A stretch of 64,000 nt of DNA from Bilabrum cf. latius (lineage: Eukaryota): the NCBI GenBank assembly GCA_965178125.1, contig OZ237738.1:992001-1056000 (forward strand), read 5' to 3'. The translations under genes and the position numbers were made by a program. Numbering within the stretch: position 1 is the stretch's first letter; every line of letters starts with the position of its first letter. The notes under the pieces are model-generated. The model searched no databases. It was not told the origin of the DNA and saw only the letters and a list, made by a program, of their open reading frames with translations. This document shows positions 35,836 to 47,370 of this stretch, piece after piece.

Positions 35836-38316
35836 TTACCCCCTCCTTCGCCGCTTAGACGCAGCCGGCTTGGAGCTCGTCTCGCTCGCCTCTGCCCGGC
35901 TGCGCTTGCGGCCTGCCGTTGCATGTGCCGCTGCGGCTTCATTCTCGTCACCCTCTTCCTCGCTGGCCTGCAGTAGGGCAGCGCCGTCGTACGGCCCCTT
36001 GTCCTTGGCCGGCTTGGCCGAGTCTGACACTAGCGCCACGATGTGCTGCCCGCCGATCGTCACGTGCAGCACGGCCCGACCGCCCCACCTCCCCCCCTGT
36101 GCCTTGCTGGTATCGAATGGTACGGCCTCGTCCCGCATGGCCCCATTGCCCAGCTGCGCGAGGTCGCCAAATCCCCATGCGAACAGCCTCCCGCTCCGGG
36201 TCACCGCTGCAGACACTGTGCTCCCCGCTGCCACCTGCATCACTGCCTCGCCTCCGAATCTATCCCGGGGAATGACCCTCGGTTCTGCCAGCTGCGCGCT
36301 CACGGGCGCCTTCTCCTGGCTGGAGGAGCCCAGGCCCAGCTGCCCCGAGTCGCCCCTCCCGCACACGATCACGTCGCCTGCCCGGGTGAGTGCCAGCAGG
36401 TGGGCCTTGGAGGGTGCCAGCTGCACCACGCCCTTTCCTGACAGCGCCTCGGCCACTTGAAAGCTGTCTAGGTTGGGACCCACTCCCACACCCAGCTGGT
36501 TGTAGTGGTTGTGGCCCGTCGCCATGACCCGCCCGCAACGAGTCAGTACGTAGGTGCTGTACCCCCCCGCAGCCACTCTCGCCGCCAGCACCTTCTTGCG
36601 GCGCCCAGCCTCCCTCCTCCACAGCGGCACCACGACCGCCTCCCAGGCCAGCATGGACTCGCTCCTCCTGCGCATCACCGCCTCAGGCCTCCCCAGCTGC
36701 CCCACGTGACCCAGCCCCCAGGTCAGCACCTTGCCGCTGGCGGTCGCAAACACGGCGTGGTCGTACCCAGCCGCCACCTGCACCACCCGCCCATGCCTCC
36801 TCACGCCCGGTACCTCCACGAGGAACGGCATCATCTGGACTTCAGGAGACACGCCGAATCGCCCCTCGGGCCCCTTGAGCCGACCGCACACGTATACGCG
36901 CCCTCGTGAGTCCAGCACCACCGTGAACGCATCCCCGCAGCCCACGCTCACCACCTTGCCAGACCCGTCCAGGGGAGGCAGCTGGTCGTGCCTGCCTGCC
37001 TCCAGCAAGTACCTATAGACGGGGTCCTGGCTCGCCTCGGCTGAGGAAGAGGAAGAGGAAGAGGCAGAGGATGCGGCCGATCGCCTGCCCTTGCCCCTCC
37101 CCGCGGCAGTCCCGGCAGCGGCAGAAGCATGGCCGCTCAGGTCCCTTGACAGCTGCGCAGCCATGGGATGCGGTACCCCGAATCCCACCATGGGCTGGGG
37201 AAGGACACCACGAGACTTGCGGCCCAGCTGGCCCTCGTCGTTGCAGCCCCAGGACACGGCCGTGCCATCTGCCAGCACCGCCACCGTGTGCATCCCTCCT
37301 GCAGTCGCGAACACTGCGGGCTCCTTGCAGTGCTCGGGCTGCAGGGCAGGCACCAGCTTGGCGTGCTCCAGATACAGGTCGCCGTCCTCGTCCTCGTCCT
37401 CGTCCTCGTCGCCATCCGACTCGAAGCCAGAACCGGAAGCGGCACTGGCGCTAGGCCCGCTCTTTGCCTTCCCCTTGCCCTTCTGGCCCGAGGCGGCAGC
37501 AGCAGGGGGCGGGGCCATGCCCAGCTGGTCGCACTCGCCAGAGCCCCACCCCCACGGCCGACCGGCGGCTCCCAGCTCCGCGGCCCTCCTCAGAGAACGT
37601 TCGCTGTGCAACAGCGAGGCAACAGCGCCGGTTATCTGTGTGTCGGCATCGACCGCGCCTGGCACATTCTGCCCCCGCGCGACAAAGTACGCGAGCAGCT
37701 CCTCCATGGACGGGCCCTCCTGCTCCTCGCCCTGCTGCTCGCTCTCCCCCGCGCCGCTCGCAGGCTGTCCCGCCCACAAGTCATCGCCAGCCCCCTGGCC
37801 CTCATTGCTGGAGCTGGCCTTAGCGCCCAGCCCCCAGGGGTCATCTCCGGCACCTGCTGGTGCTGGGGCCGGGGCTCCCGTTCCCCACGGATCGGACGAA
37901 TTCGAAGCCGACGCGGAACTCGCAGACGACGAGGACGACGACGCAGAGGCACTCTAGGACGACGAACCAAAATCACCCCATCCATCCGCTGAGGCTGCAG
38001 CACTAGATGAGCTCGAGCTTCCACCGCCTGATCCAAAATCGCCCCAACCATCGTTGTTGGCACCGCTCGATTCGGTCGAGGCAGCCTTAGCTCCGGGCTA
38101 GACAGTTTCACAGGAAGGACACATATCGGCCTCTTTGTCAATCATGAGCATACAGCTCGGGCACCTGCGAGGCGTGATGTGGTGACAGCATCATGAAAGC
38201 AGCAATAGTCCATGCGGCCCCTGATGGACTGCTTTGAGCATTCTGCCCCCTTACTCCTTCTAGTCCGGTCTATTTTCTCCATATTTACCAAGCAGTTCAG
38301 CACCCCAGCCACTCAT
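35836..38316 (-). CDS. RCC1-repeat protein with N-terminal RanBP2-type zinc finger and C-terminal basic NLS
   Basis: RCC1 repeats AGGMHTVAV..SWGCNDEGQLGR, GCGDAFTVVL, TWGLGHVGQLGR, GRGDSGQLGLG, IGGQH. N-terminal CPSC-x10-CPSC is formed after splicing intron 38165-38254. TAG at 38260, ~38099 and ~37954. Ends KRRRRG then TAA. Confidence 0.82.
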
Positions 38317-38432
38317 GCTTGATTGGCGCAAAATATGCGGTTTCGCGCTTTTTTGGCAGCACAGACTCGTCACATCAAGAGCACGGCGAGAAAAAGGGTA
38401 CATCCAGCCAATCCAGTCGCTCGTGAAGAATA

Positions 38433-39632
38433 ATGTCGGGCCGAATTGATTTGAGAGTATTCTTAGAGCAGCTTACACGGGGAGAGGCGTTGGATTAGGC
38501 GCAGGCATCCGAAGTTTGCGGCGCCATTGCGGATGGCAAGGCGGATCCAATCCAAGTAGCAGCACTTCTGGCCCTCATATAGAGCGTCAAAGCAAATGCC
38601 GCAACTGTAGCAGGTTTTGCGGAAGCGATGCGAGCTCGATGCAATCACGTTAGCCTGGGTGGTGGCCGACCAGTCGTGGACATTGTAGGCACTGGCGGCG
38701 ATGGACACAACACGGTCAACATCAGCACATCTGCCGCGATCGTTGCAGCCAGCTGTGGTGCCACAGTGGCAAAGCATGGAAGCGTTAGCGTTTCATCGCG
38801 ATCAGGATCAGCCGACGTGTTAAAGGCGCTGGGAATCCGCATGCTCGCTCCGCCTGACATTGCTCCGTGCGTGGAGCGTTGCGGAATGGCCTTTATGTTT
38901 GCCCCAAAGTTTCATCCGGCAATGCGCCACGTGGTGCCGATCCGAAAATCGCTCAAGATCCGAACGATATTCAACATCCTTGGCCCCCTGTTGAACCCGG
39001 CGGGCGCGCAGCGCCTCATGCTCGGCGTGTACCACCCAGACCTGCTGCCGATCTACGGCAAAGCGCTCGAAGCACTGGGCGTAGAGCACGCCGTGGTGGT
39101 GCACTGCGGCTCCTTGGACGAGCTTGCACCCATAGGGACTGCCTCTGTGCTTGAGGTGAAGAGGGGTCAGCCCTCGGTGCAGCGCGAGGTGGACATGCTG
39201 TCCATGGGGGTCCCCGCCTGCACCATCAAGGACCTCGAGGGGGGCGAGCCCGAGGAAAACGCTGCCATCATCCGGAAGGTGCTGGCAGGCAATGCGGAGG
39301 GTAGGGAACAACACATCGCGAACACCATCGCGATCAACGCGGGCGCTGCACTATACGTGGCTGGCCTGTGCCCCGGCATCAAGGAGGGCACTGCCATGGC
39401 CCTAGAATCCATCAAGGCGGGCAAGCCAGCTGGCACCCTGGAGGCGTGGGCCAAAGCAACCTAGGATCTAGAAGATGCCACGCTGGCCAAAGAAGCATCA
39501 GCCAAGGGAGATGGCGTGGCAGCCGCGGGTGCGGCGGCGGGGGGCGCCGGGTCCGGTGAGGCCCCTGCCAAGCGACCCAGGACCGGAGAGGGGGCCGCGA
39601 CTGGGGCAGGGGCAGGAAGCAAACCCTCGTGA
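38433..39632 (+). CDS. trpD: Anthranilate phosphoribosyltransferase
   Basis: Motifs DIVGTGGDGHNTVNIST, VAKHGS..SSRSGSADVL, FAPKFHPAMRHV, RTIFNILGPLLNP, LDE, NAGAAL. The N-terminal helical domain is recovered through two TAGs; a third TAG lies at 39462. Ends at TGA. Confidence 0.93.
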
Positions 39633-39759
39633 CTTGATCTCATGATGATTTGTGATGTTAACAATTGAGAGTAAACTCGAAAAGTCGGAATGGCTGTGAT
39701 TGATGCTCATGCACGGCAATGACCAACAGCAGCAAAGAGGACGCATCCTCCCCACTTGC

Positions 39760-42700
39760 TCACCCACGCTGCCCAGCACCCCTCGTAATCTTGCGGTGCG
39801 GGTTTGCTCTCCTCCTATGCGGAGGAACAACGGCACTGCCACCATTGGCACCAGCCTACCGCCTGCCCGCCGCAGGTGGAGCCGGGTGCCTCGGTGAGCT
39901 GCCCCCCACTCTAGCGCGGCCAGCGGGGGGCTGCGGCCGCCCAGGCAGCCCGCCGCTCCCGCCACCAGCAGCAACACCAGCACCGGCCTTGGGCTGACCG
40001 AACAGCCGCTATCGCATCCTGGGTGACAGCCCCTGGCCTGGCCCGCGCTGCTTGGGCTTGCCGTGCGCAGGTCCGGGGCCAGCTGCAGAGGCCCCTGCCG
40101 CGAGCGCAGAAGCCCTGTCTCCTGCCGCCGACCTCCCTCGCACGCCATTCCGCTCAGCCGCCGCGAGACCCCTGGCTGCCTCTCCGGTGGACACAGGCGC
40201 GCTGACACCCTGGCCCGCAACGCCCATCCTGCCGCCCTGCCTGCTGCCCATCCCTTGCCGCAGCCCGCCGCCTGCTAGCATCATGGTGCCGTGTCCGTAC
40301 GGCATCGGAGGCAGCCGCCAGTGACCATCCGTCCCTCGCACCAGGCCCCCGCTAGCCTGTCTGTAGGCGGATCCACCTCCAGCACCAGGGTAGAAGTGTC
40401 GAGCCCCAGCGCCCCGAGGGGTCTTGCCCCTCACCATAGCAGCGCCTCCGCTGCCGCTGGCCTGTCTGGCCTTGGCAACGCTCATGATGGCTTGATGCGC
40501 GCTGGCTGCATCGTCTGGTGACACGTAAGCATGCGAGCTATCGGTGCGCCCCGCCGGCGCAGCGGCAGATGCCGGCTGCTGCCTTGCGTGACGAGTGCTT
40601 CGGCTGCGCGAATGGCCACGTGTCACACCACGTCCGCCTGCAAATCCCGTACCTACCTCTTCCCGCGCCTTGCGCTGGCCCCAGCCCACGTCTGTCACGG
40701 CTGCAGCTGACGAAGGAATCGCCTCGCCCGCAATTGGGGCCGCTGCTTCCGCGATCACGCGAGGGCGCTGTGCCGACTGCGCTCGCGAGCCGCCCGCTGC
40801 AGTCGACACGCGCCCGTCCCCCGAAGCAACCCGGACCCTGGCGCTGGCACCCACCGCGCCGGGACCTCGCCGACGACCGTCTCCCGATGTTGTGGTGGGT
40901 CGGTGGCGGGGTCCCTGCCGCGACCAGTGCCGCACGCGGCTCCTGTCCCGCTGATGCCTGGAGGACGGTGGCCTGCCGACTTGGCCGCCACCGTACACGG
41001 CGCGCGCCGCAGCAGCCGACGACTGCCTGGCCTTGATTCTGGCGGTGGCGGGACCGTCAAGTCCCGGATGTGGCACACCAGGCACGTGCGACTGAGGGTC
41101 AGCCATGGCTCCTTCTGCTGACTGTCGCTCTGCGGCTGCTAGCAGCCTGCTCCTAGTGCGGCCACCAGACTCCGGCCCAGTGGACCAAGGACCCACCTTA
41201 GAACCCCCGATGGGAGACGTGCGGCTCTTCTGGGGCGTGTACAGCCTGCTGCGGGCCTTGGATCGGCCTGGTCCAGCCTCCCTCGCACTGGCTGGTGGCT
41301 GCGGGCTCTAATCGGCCTCAAGACCCCTTGCCGCCGGAGCGGGGTCGGCCAATCTGGCCGTGGCAGGCGGCTCGGCCTGGCTTGCAGCCTGCGACGCCGT
41401 GGCTCCCCCATCCTAGCTCCCGTCGGCTCCTTGCGACGGGTTTGCTCCCCATGCGGTGCGCTGCTGCTCGCCGTGGCGATGGAGGCGGGCCGGTGTTGAG
41501 GTGACGACCCCCCCATCCTGCGCCGGAGACTCGTGCGTGTGGGTGCTGTCCGGTTCTGGCTTAACCCCAGATTCGGCATTGCCTGCCCCTTGGGCTGCCT
41601 GGGCTCCAGAGGCTGACGCCAGCGCTGGCGGACCTGGAAGCGTTTCTTCTGGTGGGCTGAACGGGGACGGTCCCTTGTTATCGTTCGTCACCGCCCTGCC
41701 CACGGCCAGCTCCCTGGCCTGCTGTGCCACCTGCAGTGCTCGTTTGAGACTCTCACTTTGAGGAGTGTCAGCCTCGAGATCTTGGGGAGAGGAGCTGTCG
41801 GCAGGCACAGTCGAATCAGAAGAGACGGCACTGCTAGCCATGCCTGCACCTGGCTGTGGTGAGCCATCCAGCGGTTCGATTCCACCCGATTCGATGCTGC
41901 TGCTGCTTGCAGCGGCGCTGTTGACAGGTAGTTTCGTGGCAGGGAGCGCGGCCACTGCCTGCCGCGGCTCCTCTGGGGTCCCCGAGGATCCGCTGCTTCC
42001 AACCGCAACCTCAGCTGGCTTGCTAGCAGAAGCTGGGACTTCCTCGGCAGCATCCTACCGCCCGGTGCTTCCACCTTCTCGGTAGCCCTGCCCTTCACCA
42101 GTGGACCCCTGTGGTAGCCCTTGGATCTTGGGTACCACCGGGGGCTTCAGTGGGCGGCTTAGCAGCGGCTTGTCCTTGGCTGGCCCCCTTGGCTGCTGCA
42201 TGGCACCAACGGCAGCAGAGGTGTCGTCAGACTGTTCCGCAGCCGCATGCTGGCCACCCTATTCTCTGGCCTTATCGATGGCATCCTGTTCCTTCTGCAG
42301 CTCCTTCAGCCGCGCTGCCTTCTATTCCACAGCCGCGGCAGCCTCCCTTGCAGCCTACGCAACGATCCCGGCCTGTCGTGCCTCCTCTGTGGCGTGCTCA
42401 CGGGCCTGCGCAGCGGCCTTGTCCGCTTCCATCGAGTCTACATCGCCGCCCTGCGGTGTCTTGCTCTCCTCCATGCCAGAGCCGCCGCTCACACGCGCCC
42501 CAGTCTCGACCTGGCCTTTGCTTGCGGATGATGACGACGATGCAGTCGAAGGCACCAAGCCCCGGGCCGGCATTGCCTCTTGTCCACGGCCGACTCCTGA
42601 TTCAGACCCGCGCTCAACCTGAACAAGTCCAGCGGCAGCGATTCGCCGGGATCTCCCCTTCCCCCTGTCTCTCTCCTGGCCCTGTGACCCGGCCCGGATT

Positions 42701-44032
42701 GGCTGCTAACCATGCAAGGGTGCTCTACCGCCCTGCGAGGCCTGTGGCGGATTTGCGCCTGCTCGTCTTGCTGGGTGTTCCGCTTTTCTTTCCTCGGCGC
42801 CGCGCAGCCAGTGCTATTTGCCCGCCGCACCCCCTGTGGCCGCCTTGGCTTCCCCTTTCGTTTTCTCCCTGGCTTCCCTGGCCGATACGGCTGCCGCCTG
42901 CGCCGCCCGCTCCGCCTCCTTCTTGATGCGGTCCTCGCGCTCCCTCCTCCTGCGAGCGTGCACCTAAGCAAGCAGCCTAGAGACCTGGGCGCACTGCTCG
43001 TCCGTCTACGGAGACCTGACACCCATGGGTTGCCCCCTCAGGTCGTGGCAGAACTGCACGTACTGCATCGCGAGTTTGGCGGTGAGGCCGAACAGAATGC
43101 CGAGCATGATGGAGCCAACCGTGCCCGATCGACCGTGGCCTGCGATGAATTCAGAATAACCTTATCAGGCAAACACATATGGCACGACGAAGACAGATGC
43201 AACCAAAGAAACGCGACAGAGAGGAACCCTGCGATGGTGAGGAAACGACTTGGGAGCGCGTGGCAACTCACCGCCCCAGCAATGCAAGTAGATGGTCTCG
43301 CCAGCTGCCATACGGTCACTCAAGTCATAGGCTAGTCTAAGAACGCGATCATCGGCAGCCGTAGCGCAGTCGACGATGGGCAAGTGCACGAATTGCAGCT
43401 GAGTTGGCCTATCTTTGATCACCCCCCCCTTCGGCCACCGGATGGTGGGAAGAAGCCGAACGGCATCAAAAATATAGGGACGTAGAGCTTCTCCACTTCT
43501 CCAGCTATCTTCATTTGCATGGTGGTCGTATTCTGCCTATAGGCAGACGAACGTGCCCAAACCCAGCTCCAGCAAGCTCGTCAGGATCGCATCGTTCACA
43601 TCGTCTTCCATCGCGCTGGGGTACGCGCCAATCATAAGCCTACCCGGAATAACCCAACTGCGGCGCTAGAACGAGAATGCGGTGTCCAAGAAGCAGTGCA
43701 TTTGTAGCGCGTCGGGTATAAAAAGCGGCTCTCAGGCGAGCTCGCAGACAATCCATCGAGCGACATGCAAGCGCAGCAGCCAACTCGCACGAGTTGCGGC
43801 TCTCAACCGTTTGTTGGAGCGGCCCACGCATCAAGGCTGAAATGTCTGCCCTCAGCAATCAGTGTGCCGCGCTCTGGGCTGTATTCAAGCGGTCGCGACG
43901 CACTCACTTGCATTCATCATTCGGGCCCGCATACCTGCGTCGCTGTGCTGCTGTGAGGCTGCTAATCGCTGGCAACGGAGGCAGTTTTCCTGCATACCCA
44001 TCCACGGCTTTGAAGTTCCGTTTCGACGCCAT
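39760..44032 (-). CDS. Dual-specificity/PTP-like protein phosphatase with very long low-complexity C-terminal tail, 3 exons
   Basis: CN|WVIPGRLMIGAYP, TFVCL(TAG)AE, HLPIVD, catalytic HCWG|GHGRSG, SP(TAG)TDEQ. Introns at 43658-43907 and 43140-43271. The frame stays open (TAG only) to TGA at 39760. Confidence 0.8.
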
Positions 44033-44715
44033 AGCAAGCCTTGCAAAGAGGCCTTTCCGTCTAGATCGCGGGGACTTCAAGCTACAGACCTCGTAAATAC
44101 AATATGAGTTTGTGTCGTCGTATCCCAGCGAATTCACAACAGACTTGAATGCACCCCAAAAATTGCCTGCGCAGGAACCGGCAGCACCCGCTGCCAGTCG
44201 GGCACACCTGGTCGCAAATCGGCTTCAGGCTGGCAATGGGAGGTTGGTGAGGTGCTCTTTGCGCAGCCTGCCGAAATCCCCGTAACGTATGGCGCCTAAA
44301 TATCAAACTATCATGCAGTTTGCAAGTTCGTACCCATGACGTATTGCGGTCTTGTTCGTGCCCGAGCAAGACACAGGACCGTCAAGTTCGCCGATTCCGA
44401 ACGAACATTCGCTGAGCTCGATAAAGAAATCGCGACGCACAGCAATCAATCGCGATCTGCCCATCACCGTTCGCGTTCCCCAGATACTAAAGCAGTTTTG
44501 GGGGATACCGGTGCCACAGCGACCGCTGTGGTTGGGTGCGAGGGCTTGTCCCGCAACAACCCGCCTGTTTGGATTTCTACTTTTACTATGTTAGGTGTTC
44601 TACCGCACAGTACGAGTAGTTTTTCGGATTTTCGAGTTGTGTGTTTGTTACACTATCGTGAATTGCATCTTAAACCAGAATTTCCTTCCTTCCTTCCTTC
44701 ACAGCTGCCGTAGCT

Positions 44716-46833
44716 ATGCCAGTAACACCTATTTTCGAGTTGAGCCAATCATCAACCCATCTTTATATAGATATCAAGGTTCTCCCGTCAGTACCACTAA
44801 GGGATGCATCTGTAGGACTGGAGGGCGGCATGGTCGTGTTCAATGCGAAGCCATACCTTCTACGGCTTCATCTCCCAGGCAAAGTTGTTGACGATGGTGC
44901 TGCCATAAATGCTGAAATTATAAGCGACACTCCTGGTTCGCAGGAGCCGGTTGGAAAACATTCGCAAGCCGATGCTGGGTTTGTTCGTGTGCGAATCGTT
45001 CTCCGAAAGGCAACTGCAGGCGAGGTTTTTGACGGGCTTCACTTGCCAGCGAAATTCCTGGCCGGATCAGGGGATAGAATACCGACGGCTGGCACCCCTG
45101 CACTACCGGATCCCGCATTTGATCATAGCGGTGATGTGCTGGCTCGGCTTGCTGGTTTGCGTAGCGCTGACGAGGCACTCGAGTAGGAATGGAACGAGCA
45201 GCGGGCGCGAGTCGCTGCCCGCACTCCGAGCATAGAAGTGGTCGATAGCAAATCATTCGAAGAGTCATCCTAGAGTGCACCCAAGGCAGCCGTAGAGGAC
45301 AGCCGGGCCCCGCAACCGACAGGCTCTTCTCGGTCGGAGCCGGGGAAGCAAGCAGGATGCGGCAAGCAGGTATCCAGGAGCTCTGCACTCCTGGCTCTAG
45401 AAGCTCCATTGGTGCAGCAGCATGCCAGCCCGTCAGGTCCGTCCAGCGGGGCAGGGTCGTCCGACGACGCCGCCGCTGCTGCTGGCTCTCCTTCTCGCAA
45501 TGCTGTGTCTGCTGCGTCTGCTGGTCCTCTGGCCAGCCTGGCTGCACTTTCTTCGCAGGAAGCGACTGTTTCAGTAAGCACACATCCATATGGATTCAAC
45601 GACGGTCACGACGGCGTCTTGGAGCGGCTGGCCACCCACGAGAGGGCGGTGGCAGCTCTGCTAGACCCTTTGCAGGAGGCCAACAGGGTGCCTCCACAGG
45701 CGAGGTGGGGCTTGCTGGAGCAGGACAGCATGGCCAGGATAACAGCAGCGAGGTTGGTGGAGGATGCAGCCGTTGCGGACGAAGATATGGTGTTTCAGTC
45801 TGCCGTGGCGGCATCTTGCCACTGGGACAAGGCCTTTGCCACCAGGAAAGCTTGGGCAAAGAGGGCGGCTAGGGAGGCAAAAGCCGCGGCAGCTGCTGCA
45901 GTCGCAAGCTCCCCTGCCGAAGGCGACGTCAAAGATTCCCCCGAAGAAGTTAGTGCAAGCAAAAAAGCCGAAAGCGCCTCCTCACCGTCTGACCGTGGCG
46001 CGGCACGATCGGGCACCCATGCAATTGATGCCGACGGCTGGTTCGACGGCTTCACGCAGGAAGAAAAGGGCAGGCTGCTCGCGCTGCCCAACCGAAAGGA
46101 GTTCGTGCTGCCTGCGGGGAGCAGTGCCGAGGCTCGAGCGTTGGCCGACATCGCTGGGCTGCTGTACGCTTATTGTCACGAGCACCGGTGCACGCTGGGT
46201 GCCGAGGGCGAAGGTGCCACGGAGCTGTCTGCGGGCGAGGACGAGGTCTCGGCGGAATCGGCTCGCACAGTGGTCGAACTGTGTCCGCAACTCTCGTTTC
46301 TGGTTCACTTCGACTCGATGGGTGGGGCACAGCGAGAGTGCCTTCGGAGGGCCTTGGGAGTCCCTTACATGCGGTGCTGGCGATTGGCTCGGCTCGTGGT
46401 CAGAGACGTAGGGAGGGTGCTTGCATGCGGCCGGCCCGCAGTGGTACGGTGCTTGCTCGGGCTCAGGGAGATGCTTCGTCGAGACCCGGTTCGGAGCCGG
46501 CACTGCGGCTTGTGGGTGGATGATGCCATTGTGTGGACGCAGAGAACCTCGCCGGCGGTGTGGCAGAGGGCGGCAGCTGACTACCGTGCTGCAGCAGCCA
46601 AGGCCAGTCCGGATGGTTTGGGCCTGCCTGTTTCGATGGACAAGGTAGAAGAAGCGGCTGCCTTACTGCGGGCTGGTGGAGCGGAGGACCCAGCGGCGGC
46701 TTGGGTCGCTGTCGGAGGTGCGGTTGCGGAGGAGCCAATTGGTGAAGATGCGTACGAGGGCGGCTCCAGTGCCAAGGTTGTGGTGGTGGGGGAGGACGAT
46801 GCGGCTGCGAAGCAGGCTGAGCCGTAGGGGTGA
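44716..46833 (+). CDS. SHQ1: H/ACA RNP assembly factor SHQ1
   Basis: N-terminal CS domain MPVTPIFELSQ..., KPYLLRLHLPG, GEVFDGL; YGFND; FTQEEKGRLLALPNRKEF; ESARTV..LCPQLSFL; RRALGVPYMRCWRL. TAG at 45184, 45271 and 46825. Ends at TGA. Confidence 0.85.
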
Positions 46834-47105
46834 CGCGTTCGTATTCGTACGCATCCGGACGCTGCACACACACCAGCAGTTCTTGTTACCACAGGGGGAC
46901 AACAGAAAGAGTTGCCTGAACGCACCATTGCTGCTGATTGCCGTCATCCGGGACAAATTTGGCTCCACCAAATGGCTAGGCGAACGAGCACATGCACAGT
47001 ACTACCGTGAAAGTGGACCAGGGGGGCTACACTGCCCCCTCTTCAGACAAGCCGGTCTCATCATGTGATCCTGATCCTGCGCGACCCAACACGGACTCGC
47101 TGCAG

Positions 47106-47161
47106 CACAGCAGTCGTCGACCTCTCGTTGAAACACAGCAAGCGTCGACCTCTCGTTGGAT
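47106..47161. repeat. Short imperfect tandem repeat (2 x ~28 nt) in an intergenic region
   Basis: CACAGCA..CGTCGACCTCTCGTTG occurs twice in succession. Confidence 0.6.
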
Positions 47162-47370
47162 AAGGCGTTGCGGCATCGAGGAGGATAGCGCCGACTGTGT
47201 GGCAGCTTTTGTGTCCAGCTGACTCGCGGATTCGGACTCCGAATCCAGCAGCAGTGCTGCTGGCGCATGACAACACTACACATCCTTGGCTACACTACGC
47301 ACCTCATATAACACCTCTAAGCAACCACGCATTCAATGTTCGGATGACACCGCGCCTCTTAGCAGCTGCC

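Noticed and set aside
44336-44713. 125-aa ORF directly upstream of SHQ1
   Set aside because: No recognisable motif. SHQ1 begins at its family-typical N-terminus (44716), and the pyrimidine tract plus CAG before it looks like a 5' UTR intron acceptor.
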